From positions 9,808 through 73,807 of the forward strand of contig CAJWHW010000008.1 of the NCBI GenBank assembly GCA_913040915.1: 64,000 nt of DNA, in the 5' to 3' direction. Origin of the DNA: an uncultured Fidelibacterota bacterium. Lineage in GTDB: Bacteria; Fidelibacterota; Marinisomatia; Marinisomatales; UBA1611. Below the pieces are notes generated by a model. That model ran no database searches. It was not told where the DNA came from and worked only from the letters and a program-made list of their open reading frames with translations. Below, in pieces: positions 48,872-57,796 of the stretch. The position numbers and the translations under genes were made by a program. Each line of letters starts with the position of its first letter. Positions within the stretch are counted from its first letter, which is position 1.

Positions 48872-49923
48872 AGAAAACGAAAATTCATTTTATCGGGCGT
48901 AAACAAGGCGTTGGATTTAGACGATGGCGATATAGCAGTCTAGAAAACCGCAGAAAATTTGAATATGAAGGGTTCTTAGACGTTGAAAATATTCAACAAG
49001 TTCGATTGATCCAGAATGCGGATGTTGTATGGTGTCGTGTACGCCCGGAGCACACATCTGATTTGCAAAGAGAAATTATAGATAATCAAATCAAAAAAAT
49101 GCGGGGTAAAATACCAATTATTAATGATATCGAAATTTTCGATAATTATGATTGTAAAGATATTTCATTTGACCTTTGGTCAAAAGCTAATATCGCTTGT
49201 CCTAATTATATCAAAATTGATATCAGAAAAGAAAAAAATAATCTTTCTAAGAAAATTCAAAAAATTCAAGAATTTATATCTACACATGGGAAAATGTTTC
49301 TTAGAACAAATAATGAGACAGCAGCAAATGGAATATATTCGTTAGATGAGAGTTCAACCGAAATAGAAATTAAAGATGCTCTTAAAGCATTAATAAATCG
49401 ATGCGAATCATTTCATAGTACTAGGAAAGCGACAAATATTGTCGGAGTGAAATTTATTAGATCAAAAAATGAAAAGAGTTATCAAGATTTATATCGTGTA
49501 CACGTGTTATTCGGAAAAGTTCTTTCTTTTTATAGTGTTACAAGTCCTTTAGATATTTTTCATAATATTAATATGAGCGATATTGACATAGACAGATTTA
49601 TACAACTAAATCATGATTTATGTAAAAAAATGTCGAAACTGGAAAATAAAGTTCTAGATGCTGCTAAAGCACTTGATTGTAATCTGGGTGCTGTTGAATT
49701 TTTTTTGCAGGATGATAAACCCATATTTTTAGAACTGAATCCAATGTGGGGAGGTCATGCCAGCAAATTTGGATTTGGAAATAATAAGATGCAGAATTAT
49801 TTAAGAGAGAATCGTGACCAATTAATCAAATTGATTCCGAATATTTATGATTTTATGAATCGGAGGATTTATTATAAAAATCTATTCCAGTGGGTCCATA
49901 GATACTGTTCTACCAATCTTTAA
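48868..49923 (+). CDS. ATP-grasp fold protein
   Basis: DCK, FLRTN, YRVHVLFG, GAVEF...FLELNPMWG (E-x-N terminal motif). Confidence 0.6.
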   Translation: MKKTKIHFIGRKQGVGFRRWRYSSLENRRKFEYEGFLDVENIQQVRLIQNADVVWCRVRPEHTSDLQREIIDNQIKKMRGKIPIINDIEIFDNYDCKDISFDLWSKANIACPNYIKIDIRKEKNNLSKKIQKIQEFISTHGKMFLRTNNETAANGIYSLDESSTEIEIKDALKALINRCESFHSTRKATNIVGVKFIRSKNEKSYQDLYRVHVLFGKVLSFYSVTSPLDIFHNINMSDIDIDRFIQLNHDLCKKMSKLENKVLDAAKALDCNLGAVEFFLQDDKPIFLELNPMWGGHASKFGFGNNKMQNYLRENRDQLIKLIPNIYDFMNRRIYYKNLFQWVHRYCSTNL

Positions 49924-50389
49924 ATAAAATATAATCTTTGCCGGATACATGACAATTATAACACATCGATTCTGCACCATTACTACCAGCCAATTCTCCA
50001 TCTGGATTATAATTCGCCCAAAACCAATTATTATGATCTGGGTCATATCCTTCAATTTTTTTCATGATTGTAATTTTATTCAAGGACTGGCCACTTGAAT
50101 CTAAATATCCTTCCTTAACAAGTATACTTCCCGCAGGAAGTATTGCATTTTCTAAAGTATCAGGATTACTAAAATAATTAGAAACGGTTTCATTTAACCA
50201 GATCTGGATATAATCTCCATGAGGCGAATTAGCAGATTTTATCCCTGAAAACGAAGAATCCTGCACCCAGTTCTGATAACCTTTAATTTCTTGCCAAATT
50301 TCATTTGCTATTTTTTGGTCATCACTTAAATCTCCATCCTCACAACCAAATAGCATAAGGAATAAAATTAATAAATATTTTTTAATCAT
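49910..50389 (-). CDS. Cytochrome P460-family lipoprotein
   Basis: LFG-C lipobox; P.GSILVKE, MKK..GYDP...NWFW, C-terminal CYNCH. Confidence 0.75.
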   Translation of the reverse strand: MIKKYLLILFLMLFGCEDGDLSDDQKIANEIWQEIKGYQNWVQDSSFSGIKSANSPHGDYIQIWLNETVSNYFSNPDTLENAILPAGSILVKEGYLDSSGQSLNKITIMKKIEGYDPDHNNWFWANYNPDGELAGSNGAESMCYNCHVSGKDYILFKDW

Positions 50390-50488
50390 AATTTTACAAT
50401 TGTTATTAATAGTAAGAATATAATCAAATTACGATTAATGTTTTAATTGAATAAAAATATTAATTTTAGTTTTGAAATTATTTAAGAT

Positions 50489-52432
50489 ATGAATTCTATC
50501 CTCTGGAAACCACAACACTTCGAAAAATCAAAAATGGTAAAATTTATGAACCAGATAAATGAATCATATAATCTGAAAATGCAATCTTATGATGAATTGT
50601 ATAATTGGTCCATAAATTATATTCCCGAGTTCTGGTCCCATGTATGGGACGCATGTGAAATAAAACATTCAACTCCGTACACTTCAATTGTGGATGACAT
50701 TAAAAAAATGCCGGGGGCGACATGGTTTGAAGGAGCTCGTTTAAATTTTGCAGAAAATTTGCTTCGTTTTCAAGATCATCACATAGCCATTCACTTCAAA
50801 AGTGAATGCAAACCTGTAAGGTCCTTAACCTATAAAAAATTGTTTACAGAAGTAGAAAAAGTTGCCCATTCTATGAGAGAATCTGGTATTCAAAAAGGTG
50901 ACCGAGTAGCTGGGTTTATTCCCAATATGCCAGAAGCAATAATTGCTATGTTGGCCACTGCATCCATTGGAGCAATTTGGAGTTCATCATCACCAGATTT
51001 TGGCATTAAGGGCGTTTTAGATCGTTTTTCACAAATTGAGCCAAAACTCATATTTGCTGCTAATGGATATTATTACAATGGGAAATCCTTTGACTCTTTA
51101 GAAAAGCTAAAGGGAATTCTATCGCATCTTCCAAGTGTGCAAAAAGTTGTTGTGATTGAATATACAGATAATGAAACAAATATGAATAATATACCCAATG
51201 GGATCCATTATTCTGATTTTATTTCAAAATCACCTTATCCACTAAAGTTTGAGCAAATGCCCTTTGATCATCCACTTTATATTATGTATTCATCAGGCAC
51301 TACTGGATTACCTAAATCTATTGTTCATTCTGCAGGTGGAACCCTTATTCAGCACATGAAAGAATTAAAATTACATTGTGATTTAGAGAGGCAAGACTCT
51401 ATTTATTATTTTACTACCTGTGGATGGATGATGTGGAATTGGCTTGTATCTTCATTGGCCGTAGGCGCTACTGTAGTCCTTTATGATGGATCACCATTCT
51501 TTCCAGATGGAAACGCTATGTGGCAATTAGCTGATGAACTAGATATTACAGTTTTTGGAACAAGTGCAAAATTTATTGATGCATGTAAAGAAGCAAATAT
51601 TCAACCTATACAGTCAGCTGATTTAACCAATTTAAGGACTATCCTTTCAACGGGTTCACCTTTAGCAGATGAAAGTTTTGATTATATTTATGAAAATGTA
51701 AAAAATGATATTCTTCTAGGATCTATATCTGGAGGGACTGATATAATATCATGCTTCGCCTTAGCCAGCCCAATGCTACCAGTTACTAGAGGAGAGTTAC
51801 AATGTCGGGGGCTTGGGATGGATGTTCATGCCTTTGATTCAGCAGGTCACTCTATGATTAACGAAAAAGGCGAATTGGTTTGCACTTCTGCATTTCCTTC
51901 CATGCCAATATATTTCTGGAATGATCCTGATTATTCTAAATATCAAAGTGCATATTTCAATACATATCCCGGTATCTGGAATCATGGTGACTTCATACGC
52001 ATTTCTGAATATGGTACAATTAAAATATTTGGCAGAAGTGATGCCACTCTGAACCCTGGTGGTGTCAGGATTGGTACAGCAGAATTATATCAGGTTGTAG
52101 AATCCATGGAAAGCATTGAAGACAGTTTGGTGATTGGTCAAGAATGGAATGGTGATCAACGAGTTATTTTATTTTTAAAGATGTATAAGGGCTTTGAATT
52201 GAATAAAAACATAGTTCAAGATATCAAAAATCAAATTCGGACAAATTGCTCACCAAGACATGTGCCTGAAAAAATATTGGAAACAAAAGGGATTCCCTAT
52301 ACAATCAATCTAAAAAAAGTAGAAATAGCTGTGAAGAAAATTATAGAGGGTGAAAAAGTTACAAACCTAGATGCCTTATTAAACCCTGAAGTATTAGAAT
52401 ATTATAAAAACATCCCAGAATTAAATTCTTAA
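50489..52432 (+). CDS. Acetoacetate--CoA ligase
   Basis: WFEGARLNFAENLL, YSSGTTGLPK, TTCGWMMWNWL, SISGGTD, GRSDATLNPGGVRIGT. Confidence 0.92.
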   Translation: MNSILWKPQHFEKSKMVKFMNQINESYNLKMQSYDELYNWSINYIPEFWSHVWDACEIKHSTPYTSIVDDIKKMPGATWFEGARLNFAENLLRFQDHHIAIHFKSECKPVRSLTYKKLFTEVEKVAHSMRESGIQKGDRVAGFIPNMPEAIIAMLATASIGAIWSSSSPDFGIKGVLDRFSQIEPKLIFAANGYYYNGKSFDSLEKLKGILSHLPSVQKVVVIEYTDNETNMNNIPNGIHYSDFISKSPYPLKFEQMPFDHPLYIMYSSGTTGLPKSIVHSAGGTLIQHMKELKLHCDLERQDSIYYFTTCGWMMWNWLVSSLAVGATVVLYDGSPFFPDGNAMWQLADELDITVFGTSAKFIDACKEANIQPIQSADLTNLRTILSTGSPLADESFDYIYENVKNDILLGSISGGTDIISCFALASPMLPVTRGELQCRGLGMDVHAFDSAGHSMINEKGELVCTSAFPSMPIYFWNDPDYSKYQSAYFNTYPGIWNHGDFIRISEYGTIKIFGRSDATLNPGGVRIGTAELYQVVESMESIEDSLVIGQEWNGDQRVILFLKMYKGFELNKNIVQDIKNQIRTNCSPRHVPEKILETKGIPYTINLKKVEIAVKKIIEGEKVTNLDALLNPEVLEYYKNIPELNS

Positions 52433-53430
52433 TCTAAATTTCCTAATACACTTAGTAAATCAACCACTCGATTTGAATATCCCCATTCATTATCATACCA
52501 ATTCAAAGTTTTGACAAAATTACCTTCCACAACTCTTGTAAATGGTGCATCAAAGATTGAAGAATGGGGGTTCCCAATAATATCAGTTGAAACAACAGGT
52601 AACATTGAATAATCTAATACATTTTTAAGAGGACCATTATCTGCTGCTTCACGAACTGCATCATTGACCTGCTCCACAGTCACATCTTGATTTACCCTTA
52701 CATTGAAATCAACTACTGAGCCATCCGGGACAGGGACTCGCATAGCAATTCCATCCAGTTTCCCATTTAGTTCGGGTAAAACTTTACCAACGGCACGTGC
52801 TGCACCCGTTGTTGTCGGGATAACGTTTTCTGCTGCAGCTCTGGAGCGACGCCAATCTGAATGTGGCACATCTGCCAACCGTTGGTCATTTGTATAGGCA
52901 TGAATTGTATTGATAACTCCTAATTCAATACCAAAAGCATCATTAAGGACTTTCGCCATAGGTGCCAGGCAATTTGTTGTACATGAAGCATTAGAAACTA
53001 TTCTATGTTCATTTTTGAGTCCGTTTTCATTTACACCTAATACAACGGTATAATCAATTTCATCCTTTGCAGGTACAGTTAAAACAACCCGCTTAGCACC
53101 AGCTGATAAATGATTTTCCAGTTGTGCCTTTTGCCGAAATATTCCAGTGGACTCAATAACAAAATCTATACCCATCTCTGCCCAAGGCAATGCAGTCGGA
53201 TCACGCTCTGCTAATAATTTAACAGACTGACTTTCTGTTTTCATGAAATCCCCTTCTAAGGAAACCTGTTCCGGAAATCGACCCATAACTGTATCATATT
53301 TTAATAAATATGTTAAGGCAGCTTTATCAAAAATATCATTGATAGCAACAATTTCAATATCTTCTTTAGAATTTAAAATACGAAAAACTGATCGGCCAAT
53401 TCGTCCAAATCCATTAATAGCAACTCTCAT
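52429..53430 (-). CDS. gap: Type I glyceraldehyde-3-phosphate dehydrogenase
   Basis: NGFGRIG, SNASCTTNCLAP, HAYT, WYDNEWG. Confidence 0.95.
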   Translation of the reverse strand: MRVAINGFGRIGRSVFRILNSKEDIEIVAINDIFDKAALTYLLKYDTVMGRFPEQVSLEGDFMKTESQSVKLLAERDPTALPWAEMGIDFVIESTGIFRQKAQLENHLSAGAKRVVLTVPAKDEIDYTVVLGVNENGLKNEHRIVSNASCTTNCLAPMAKVLNDAFGIELGVINTIHAYTNDQRLADVPHSDWRRSRAAAENVIPTTTGAARAVGKVLPELNGKLDGIAMRVPVPDGSVVDFNVRVNQDVTVEQVNDAVREAADNGPLKNVLDYSMLPVVSTDIIGNPHSSIFDAPFTRVVEGNFVKTLNWYDNEWGYSNRVVDLLSVLGNLD

Positions 53431-54446
53431 TTTTCATCTCCTATATCAGCATACAGGTCAATCGTTTCTAAAATTCTTTTGGAGAATCCCCAACCATTAT
53501 CATACCAGCATATAGTTTTTAATAATGCATCCTTAGTAATCATGGTTGCTTTACTGTCAAAGATCATTGTTTCATCCCTGCCTATTACATCACTGGATAC
53601 GATTGGATCATCTGTATAACCAACGATACCTTTCAATGTAGTTTCAGAAAATTGTTTCACCATATTATTTGCTTCATCTACTGATGGCATAGTATTTAAC
53701 TCAGTAGTCAAATCCACACATGATCCATTGGGTACTGGTACATTGAATGCGATTCCATCCAACTTACCTTTGAATTCCGGCATAATTTGTTCAACAATTG
53801 ATGGTGCATTCGTAGAGTTAGGTATAATATTTTCTACAGCAGATCGACTTCTGCGTAAATCTATTCCAACAGCATCTGCTAATGGCTGATCTGAAGTGTA
53901 AGCGTGTACGGTAGTCATCATTGCTCGATTTAAACCAAAAGTCTCATCCAACATTTTTACCATTAGGGCTAACACTTGAGTTGTAGAAGATGTTGTGGAA
54001 ATAATTTTATCAGTTGCTTTGATGGAAGACTCATTTACTCCTGGAATGACATAACGGTCAATGTCATCATCTGGGTCTCTTGTGGTAAATACCCGTTTAG
54101 CGCCGGCACTCAAATGTAAATCTAATTCTGAACGTTTTAGAAACTTACCTGTTGCATCAATAACACAATCTATATTATATGCATCCCAGGGTATTCCTCC
54201 CGGTTCTCCTCCACTGATAACGCGTACACGTTGGTCTCTAACAACTAGATGATTGCCATCTAAGTGAACAGGGTCATCCATAGCACCATGAATTGAATCA
54301 CGCGATAATAGATAATGTAATGTTTCAGCAGATCCAATATCACTGATAGCAACAAAGTTATAATTAGGGTTTTTATAGCCTAATCGAAAAATATTTCGCC
54401 CTATTCTGCCAAAACCGAATATTGCAATATTTACAGTATTAGTCAT
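53427..54446 (-). CDS. GAPDH paralog lacking the catalytic cysteine
   Basis: GFGRIG, HAYT and WYDN are intact, but the active site reads STTSSTTQVLA. Confidence 0.85.
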   Translation of the reverse strand: MTNTVNIAIFGFGRIGRNIFRLGYKNPNYNFVAISDIGSAETLHYLLSRDSIHGAMDDPVHLDGNHLVVRDQRVRVISGGEPGGIPWDAYNIDCVIDATGKFLKRSELDLHLSAGAKRVFTTRDPDDDIDRYVIPGVNESSIKATDKIISTTSSTTQVLALMVKMLDETFGLNRAMMTTVHAYTSDQPLADAVGIDLRRSRSAVENIIPNSTNAPSIVEQIMPEFKGKLDGIAFNVPVPNGSCVDLTTELNTMPSVDEANNMVKQFSETTLKGIVGYTDDPIVSSDVIGRDETMIFDSKATMITKDALLKTICWYDNGWGFSKRILETIDLYADIGDEK

Positions 54447-54642
54447 AAATCGTAAATAAACTCTATATTTTACGCATTGAAATTAAAGACAGAATTAAAG
54501 GATTATATATGGAAAAAATTTTGAAATTCATTTTATACTATAAATAATATACTATAATCCTATTAATCAGAATAATTTTTGAATCGTTTTCTGACTTGTA
54601 AAAATGCAAATAGGAGTAGCAGAACTATAATAATCTCTATTT

Positions 54643-54984
54643 TCATTTTTTCCCAGATTGGCTATAGCCTAAAGCACCATATCTGTCATTTAGAACAATT
54701 ACTCCATCCATGTCCCGATTTGAACCAATATAGGATGTAGGTTGTTCATACTTATTATAAGTTTGCACATAACCATTTTCTTCCTTTCCTGTTCCAAGAT
54801 ATAACGTGCGCTTCTGATCCTGGTTATATGCAGTAATAAAACCACCATGACCATCATCTTGAATAGTAATAGAATTCACAACAATATCTCCTAGGTTCCC
54901 ATTTTTTTCAAAACCAGTTACAACAAAAAATAGTACACTACTTAAGACACCAATGATAAAACTTTTCAAATCAACTATCTTCAT
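54643..54984 (-). CDS. Hypothetical protein with N-terminal membrane anchor
   Basis: 113-aa ORF with SD AAGGAG; hydrophobic N-terminus; beta-rich body. Confidence 0.65.
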   Translation of the reverse strand: MKIVDLKSFIIGVLSSVLFFVVTGFEKNGNLGDIVVNSITIQDDGHGGFITAYNQDQKRTLYLGTGKEENGYVQTYNKYEQPTSYIGSNRDMDGVIVLNDRYGALGYSQSGKK

Positions 54985-54986
54985 TT

Positions 54987-55772
54987 TTACTCCTTACATC
55001 TTTCTATTATTTTTGGTAAATCACCGATTGACTCAATAAAAGCATCTGGTTTGATTCGACTTGATTCTACCATACCTTCATGGTATTTACCAGTTTTTAC
55101 CAAAATACCCGGTATGCCTAGATTTTGTGCACCCTGCACATCATTAATTAGGTCATCACCAATCATAACGACATCGTCAGATCCTAATTTTAAATCATCC
55201 AAGGCACATTGAAAAAATAATTTATTTGGCTTTCCAACTATATGTGCTATTTGTCCAGTGGAATATTCTAAGGCAGCAACAAACCCTCCAGCATCTAAAC
55301 GCAAACCCAAATCTGTCTTGTAGTATTTACCTTTATGAAGCGCAATGATTTGAGCACCAGCCATAATTTGGACAAAGGCAATATTTAAAATTTCAAAATC
55401 CCATTTATCGTAATCACCAATAACTACTACATCAGGTTGATCAATAGTTTCATCAAATTCTAGGTAATCTCTTTTTAGATCTTCTGTGATATAAAAGCTA
55501 CAGGAAGGAGAACCCATTTTCCGTAAAAAATCAACTCCAGAAAAACCTGCAGAGATAATTTCATCTTCCTTACAATCTAATCCGATATTTAATAATTCAT
55601 GTTGTAAAGTTTTACGATTTTTTATAGTAGTATTTGTCAAAAATCGAAAGGGTAATCTATTTTCCCTTAAAAAAGCTAGGGTTTCTACTGCACCCGGTAA
55701 CGCTCGACCAGATTGATAGAAAACACCATCTAAATCAAACAAAAACCCATTAGCTTTTCTGATCTGTTCCAT
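54987..55772 (-). CDS. HAD-IIA hydrolase (LHPP/TIGR01458-like)
   Basis: FDLDGV, FLTNTT, GKP, MIGDDLINDVQGA, VKTGKY. Confidence 0.88.
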   Translation of the reverse strand: MEQIRKANGFLFDLDGVFYQSGRALPGAVETLAFLRENRLPFRFLTNTTIKNRKTLQHELLNIGLDCKEDEIISAGFSGVDFLRKMGSPSCSFYITEDLKRDYLEFDETIDQPDVVVIGDYDKWDFEILNIAFVQIMAGAQIIALHKGKYYKTDLGLRLDAGGFVAALEYSTGQIAHIVGKPNKLFFQCALDDLKLGSDDVVMIGDDLINDVQGAQNLGIPGILVKTGKYHEGMVESSRIKPDAFIESIGDLPKIIERCKE

Positions 55773-56025
55773 CTTGCTCTGCTAATTTTTGATTTAAATC
55801 ACTCATGTTTTGAATTGATTCGGTTTTACCACTTACACTTTCATCATATTCTCTATGCCAACTTTCTTTTGCATATAAAATTCGTAAAATTAAAATGGCA
55901 GTGTAACCTAATAATAAAGTTATATATCCAATTACATGATACCAGTTTTCTCTATCAACCATAAGTAACAGAATAAAGAGAATTAGGGGCATCCAACGAA
56001 TCAATTTTTGAATTATTTTACTCAT
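55750..56025 (-). CDS. Small hypothetical membrane protein
   Basis: Two TM segments; overlaps the HAD gene start. Confidence 0.6.
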   Translation of the reverse strand: MSKIIQKLIRWMPLILFILLLMVDRENWYHVIGYITLLLGYTAILILRILYAKESWHREYDESVSGKTESIQNMSDLNQKLAEQDGTDQKS

Positions 56026-56096
56026 GATATAAAAAATAATAGTTAAGCACTTTTTATATTTCTACCATATTAAAAATTACCAAAACATAGATATAT

Positions 56097-57659
56097 CTAT
56101 TTGAGAAGAAGTATTTTTTGACTTTTTATATAATTGTTTGATCGCAATTGGATAAAATAAACCCCTGATGGGAGATCAGAAGCAATCCATTGAATTTCAT
56201 GCTGTCCCTGCTGCATTTTCTGATCCAAAAGTTTTTCAACCATACGTCCACCTATATCAAATATTGTTAAAGTTTGTTCATGGGAATTTGCAAGATCCAA
56301 ATCTATCTGAAACCGGATAGTAGTAGTGGAATTAAATGGGTTTGGATAATTGGGAAATAACTGGAATTTTTCCGCAAGACCAAGTGATTCCCCTTTTTGA
56401 TCTAATAACATGTGGCAATTTTCTAAATCCCAACCATTTTGAGGATAGACATAAGCGTGGTATTCTGGTGGACATGCTTCAAAATAATTATGGTGAGCAT
56501 ATATAGGAACCCAATCGGTCGTATCCATGGGTGCACTTCTATATAAATCATATCCATAGTCTGAATAATTTTCATTAAAATAATTACTTGATTTTTCAGA
56601 CCCTCCAACTAAAGGAAAAGCAGTAGAGTCCACATAAATCGCTCCTCCAAAATAACAAATGCAATCACATTCTCCCTGAACAATATTTTCATAGAATTTA
56701 TTCCCAATAACTAACGGGTATGAGTCACCCCAGATTGCTAATCCTGCCCCTTCGCCTCCACAACTACCCGCAACATTATTTCGGATGATATTCCTATCAA
56801 TAGATGGACTTGAATTTTCAATTAAGATACCTCCACCTGTTTCTTCAGCATAACCATTTTCAATAGTTAAACCTAATAAAATTGTTGATGCATCCTGCCC
56901 ACCATTAATGGTTACAACGGTACCTTCCATATTACCATTCAGAATTGTTTCAGATACGAGTGATGGGTCAAACCCTGTATATAAAAGAGATGCAATGGTT
57001 ATATTCCTATCTAAAAAATCAATACGCTCCTGATAGACCCCTGGACTCACTAAGATTATATCGCTATCATCCGATGCTTCAATGGCACTTTGGATTGAAT
57101 TATTATCCTCGGGGATTCTAATAACGCTAGAACCATTTTCAGCGCGATAATCTAAAATGAGATTAATTAAATACTCATAATCCTCAGTTTCAGTAGGATC
57201 TAATGATGTAATATTAAATTCATTTTGGAGGTTGCCTTCTCGATCCAAAATATAAGTACTTCTTTGAACTGCACCATAATTGGCCCAAACAGGATATCCA
57301 TTTTCCTGTACATCTTCTACCCATGGTAAAATATTTTCTTGAATCATCCCTGGAAGATGCTCATTGTAAGAATCTTTTCCAATACCAATAATACCCAGAT
57401 CATTAACACCCATGGATTGTAGATCTAAATAAATTGTATTCAAAAACCCGAACCGGCTTCGACAAGTTCCTCAGTACTCATGACCAAAAAATACAATAAA
57501 AATATCACCCAAGTAATCATCAGCACCTATTAATTGTCCATATGTCTCCGAATTTGGATTTAAGTCTTGTAATTCAAAATCATATTGTGCTGTAGTTATG
57601 GTAAAAAAACAAAACAGGCTCAATACATTTAGTTTTTTGAATAGACTATATTTAATCAT
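56097..57659 (-). CDS. Candidate selenoprotein, 520 aa: signal peptide + thioredoxin-like (AhpC/TSA-TlpA-type) U-x-x-C domain + right-handed beta-helix domain + T9SS-type C-terminal domain
   Basis: In-frame TGA at 57471-57473 joins the two ORF-track ORFs: FFGHEY-(TGA)-GTCRSRFGFLNTIY. Redoxin features DFELQDLN and STYILDREG; IPED..SIQSAI...PGVY.ERIDF; YPNPFN...KILLLK. Confidence 0.8.
57441..57470 (-). promoter_or_regulatory. Candidate bacterial SECIS hairpin
   Basis: After UGA: GGAACUUGUC-GAAGCC-GGUUCG-GGUUUU; the apical loop starts with G, 16 nt after the UGA. Confidence 0.5.
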
Positions 57660-57760
57660 TTATTCTCACTATCCTCATTAATACGATACCAAAGGGCTAA
57701 TGCAAGTGACCCGATAATAAATATCACCATTACGATGAATCCAATCATTTTCAGTGTCAT
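57656..57760 (-). CDS. Small single-TM protein, 34 aa (absent from ORF track)
   Basis: MTLKMIGFIVMVIFIIGSLALALWYRINEDSENK; AGGAGG SD; stop overlaps the selenoprotein start (ATGA). Confidence 0.6.
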   Translation of the reverse strand: MTLKMIGFIVMVIFIIGSLALALWYRINEDSENK

Positions 57761-57796
57761 TTTAACAGAATCCTCCTAGATAATCAAAAAACATAA

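Noticed and set aside
54499..54561. AGGATTATA/TATAATCCT inverted repeat and a 12-aa ORF (54509-54547) upstream of the gap pair
   Set aside because: Short and AT-rich; expected by chance at this composition
57471..57473. UGA reassigned genome-wide to Trp or Gly as the explanation for the in-frame TGA
   Set aside because: Trp is encoded by TGG in the genes I read, many genes end in TGA at natural C-termini (often ATGA overlaps), and I saw no other intact gene split by TGA
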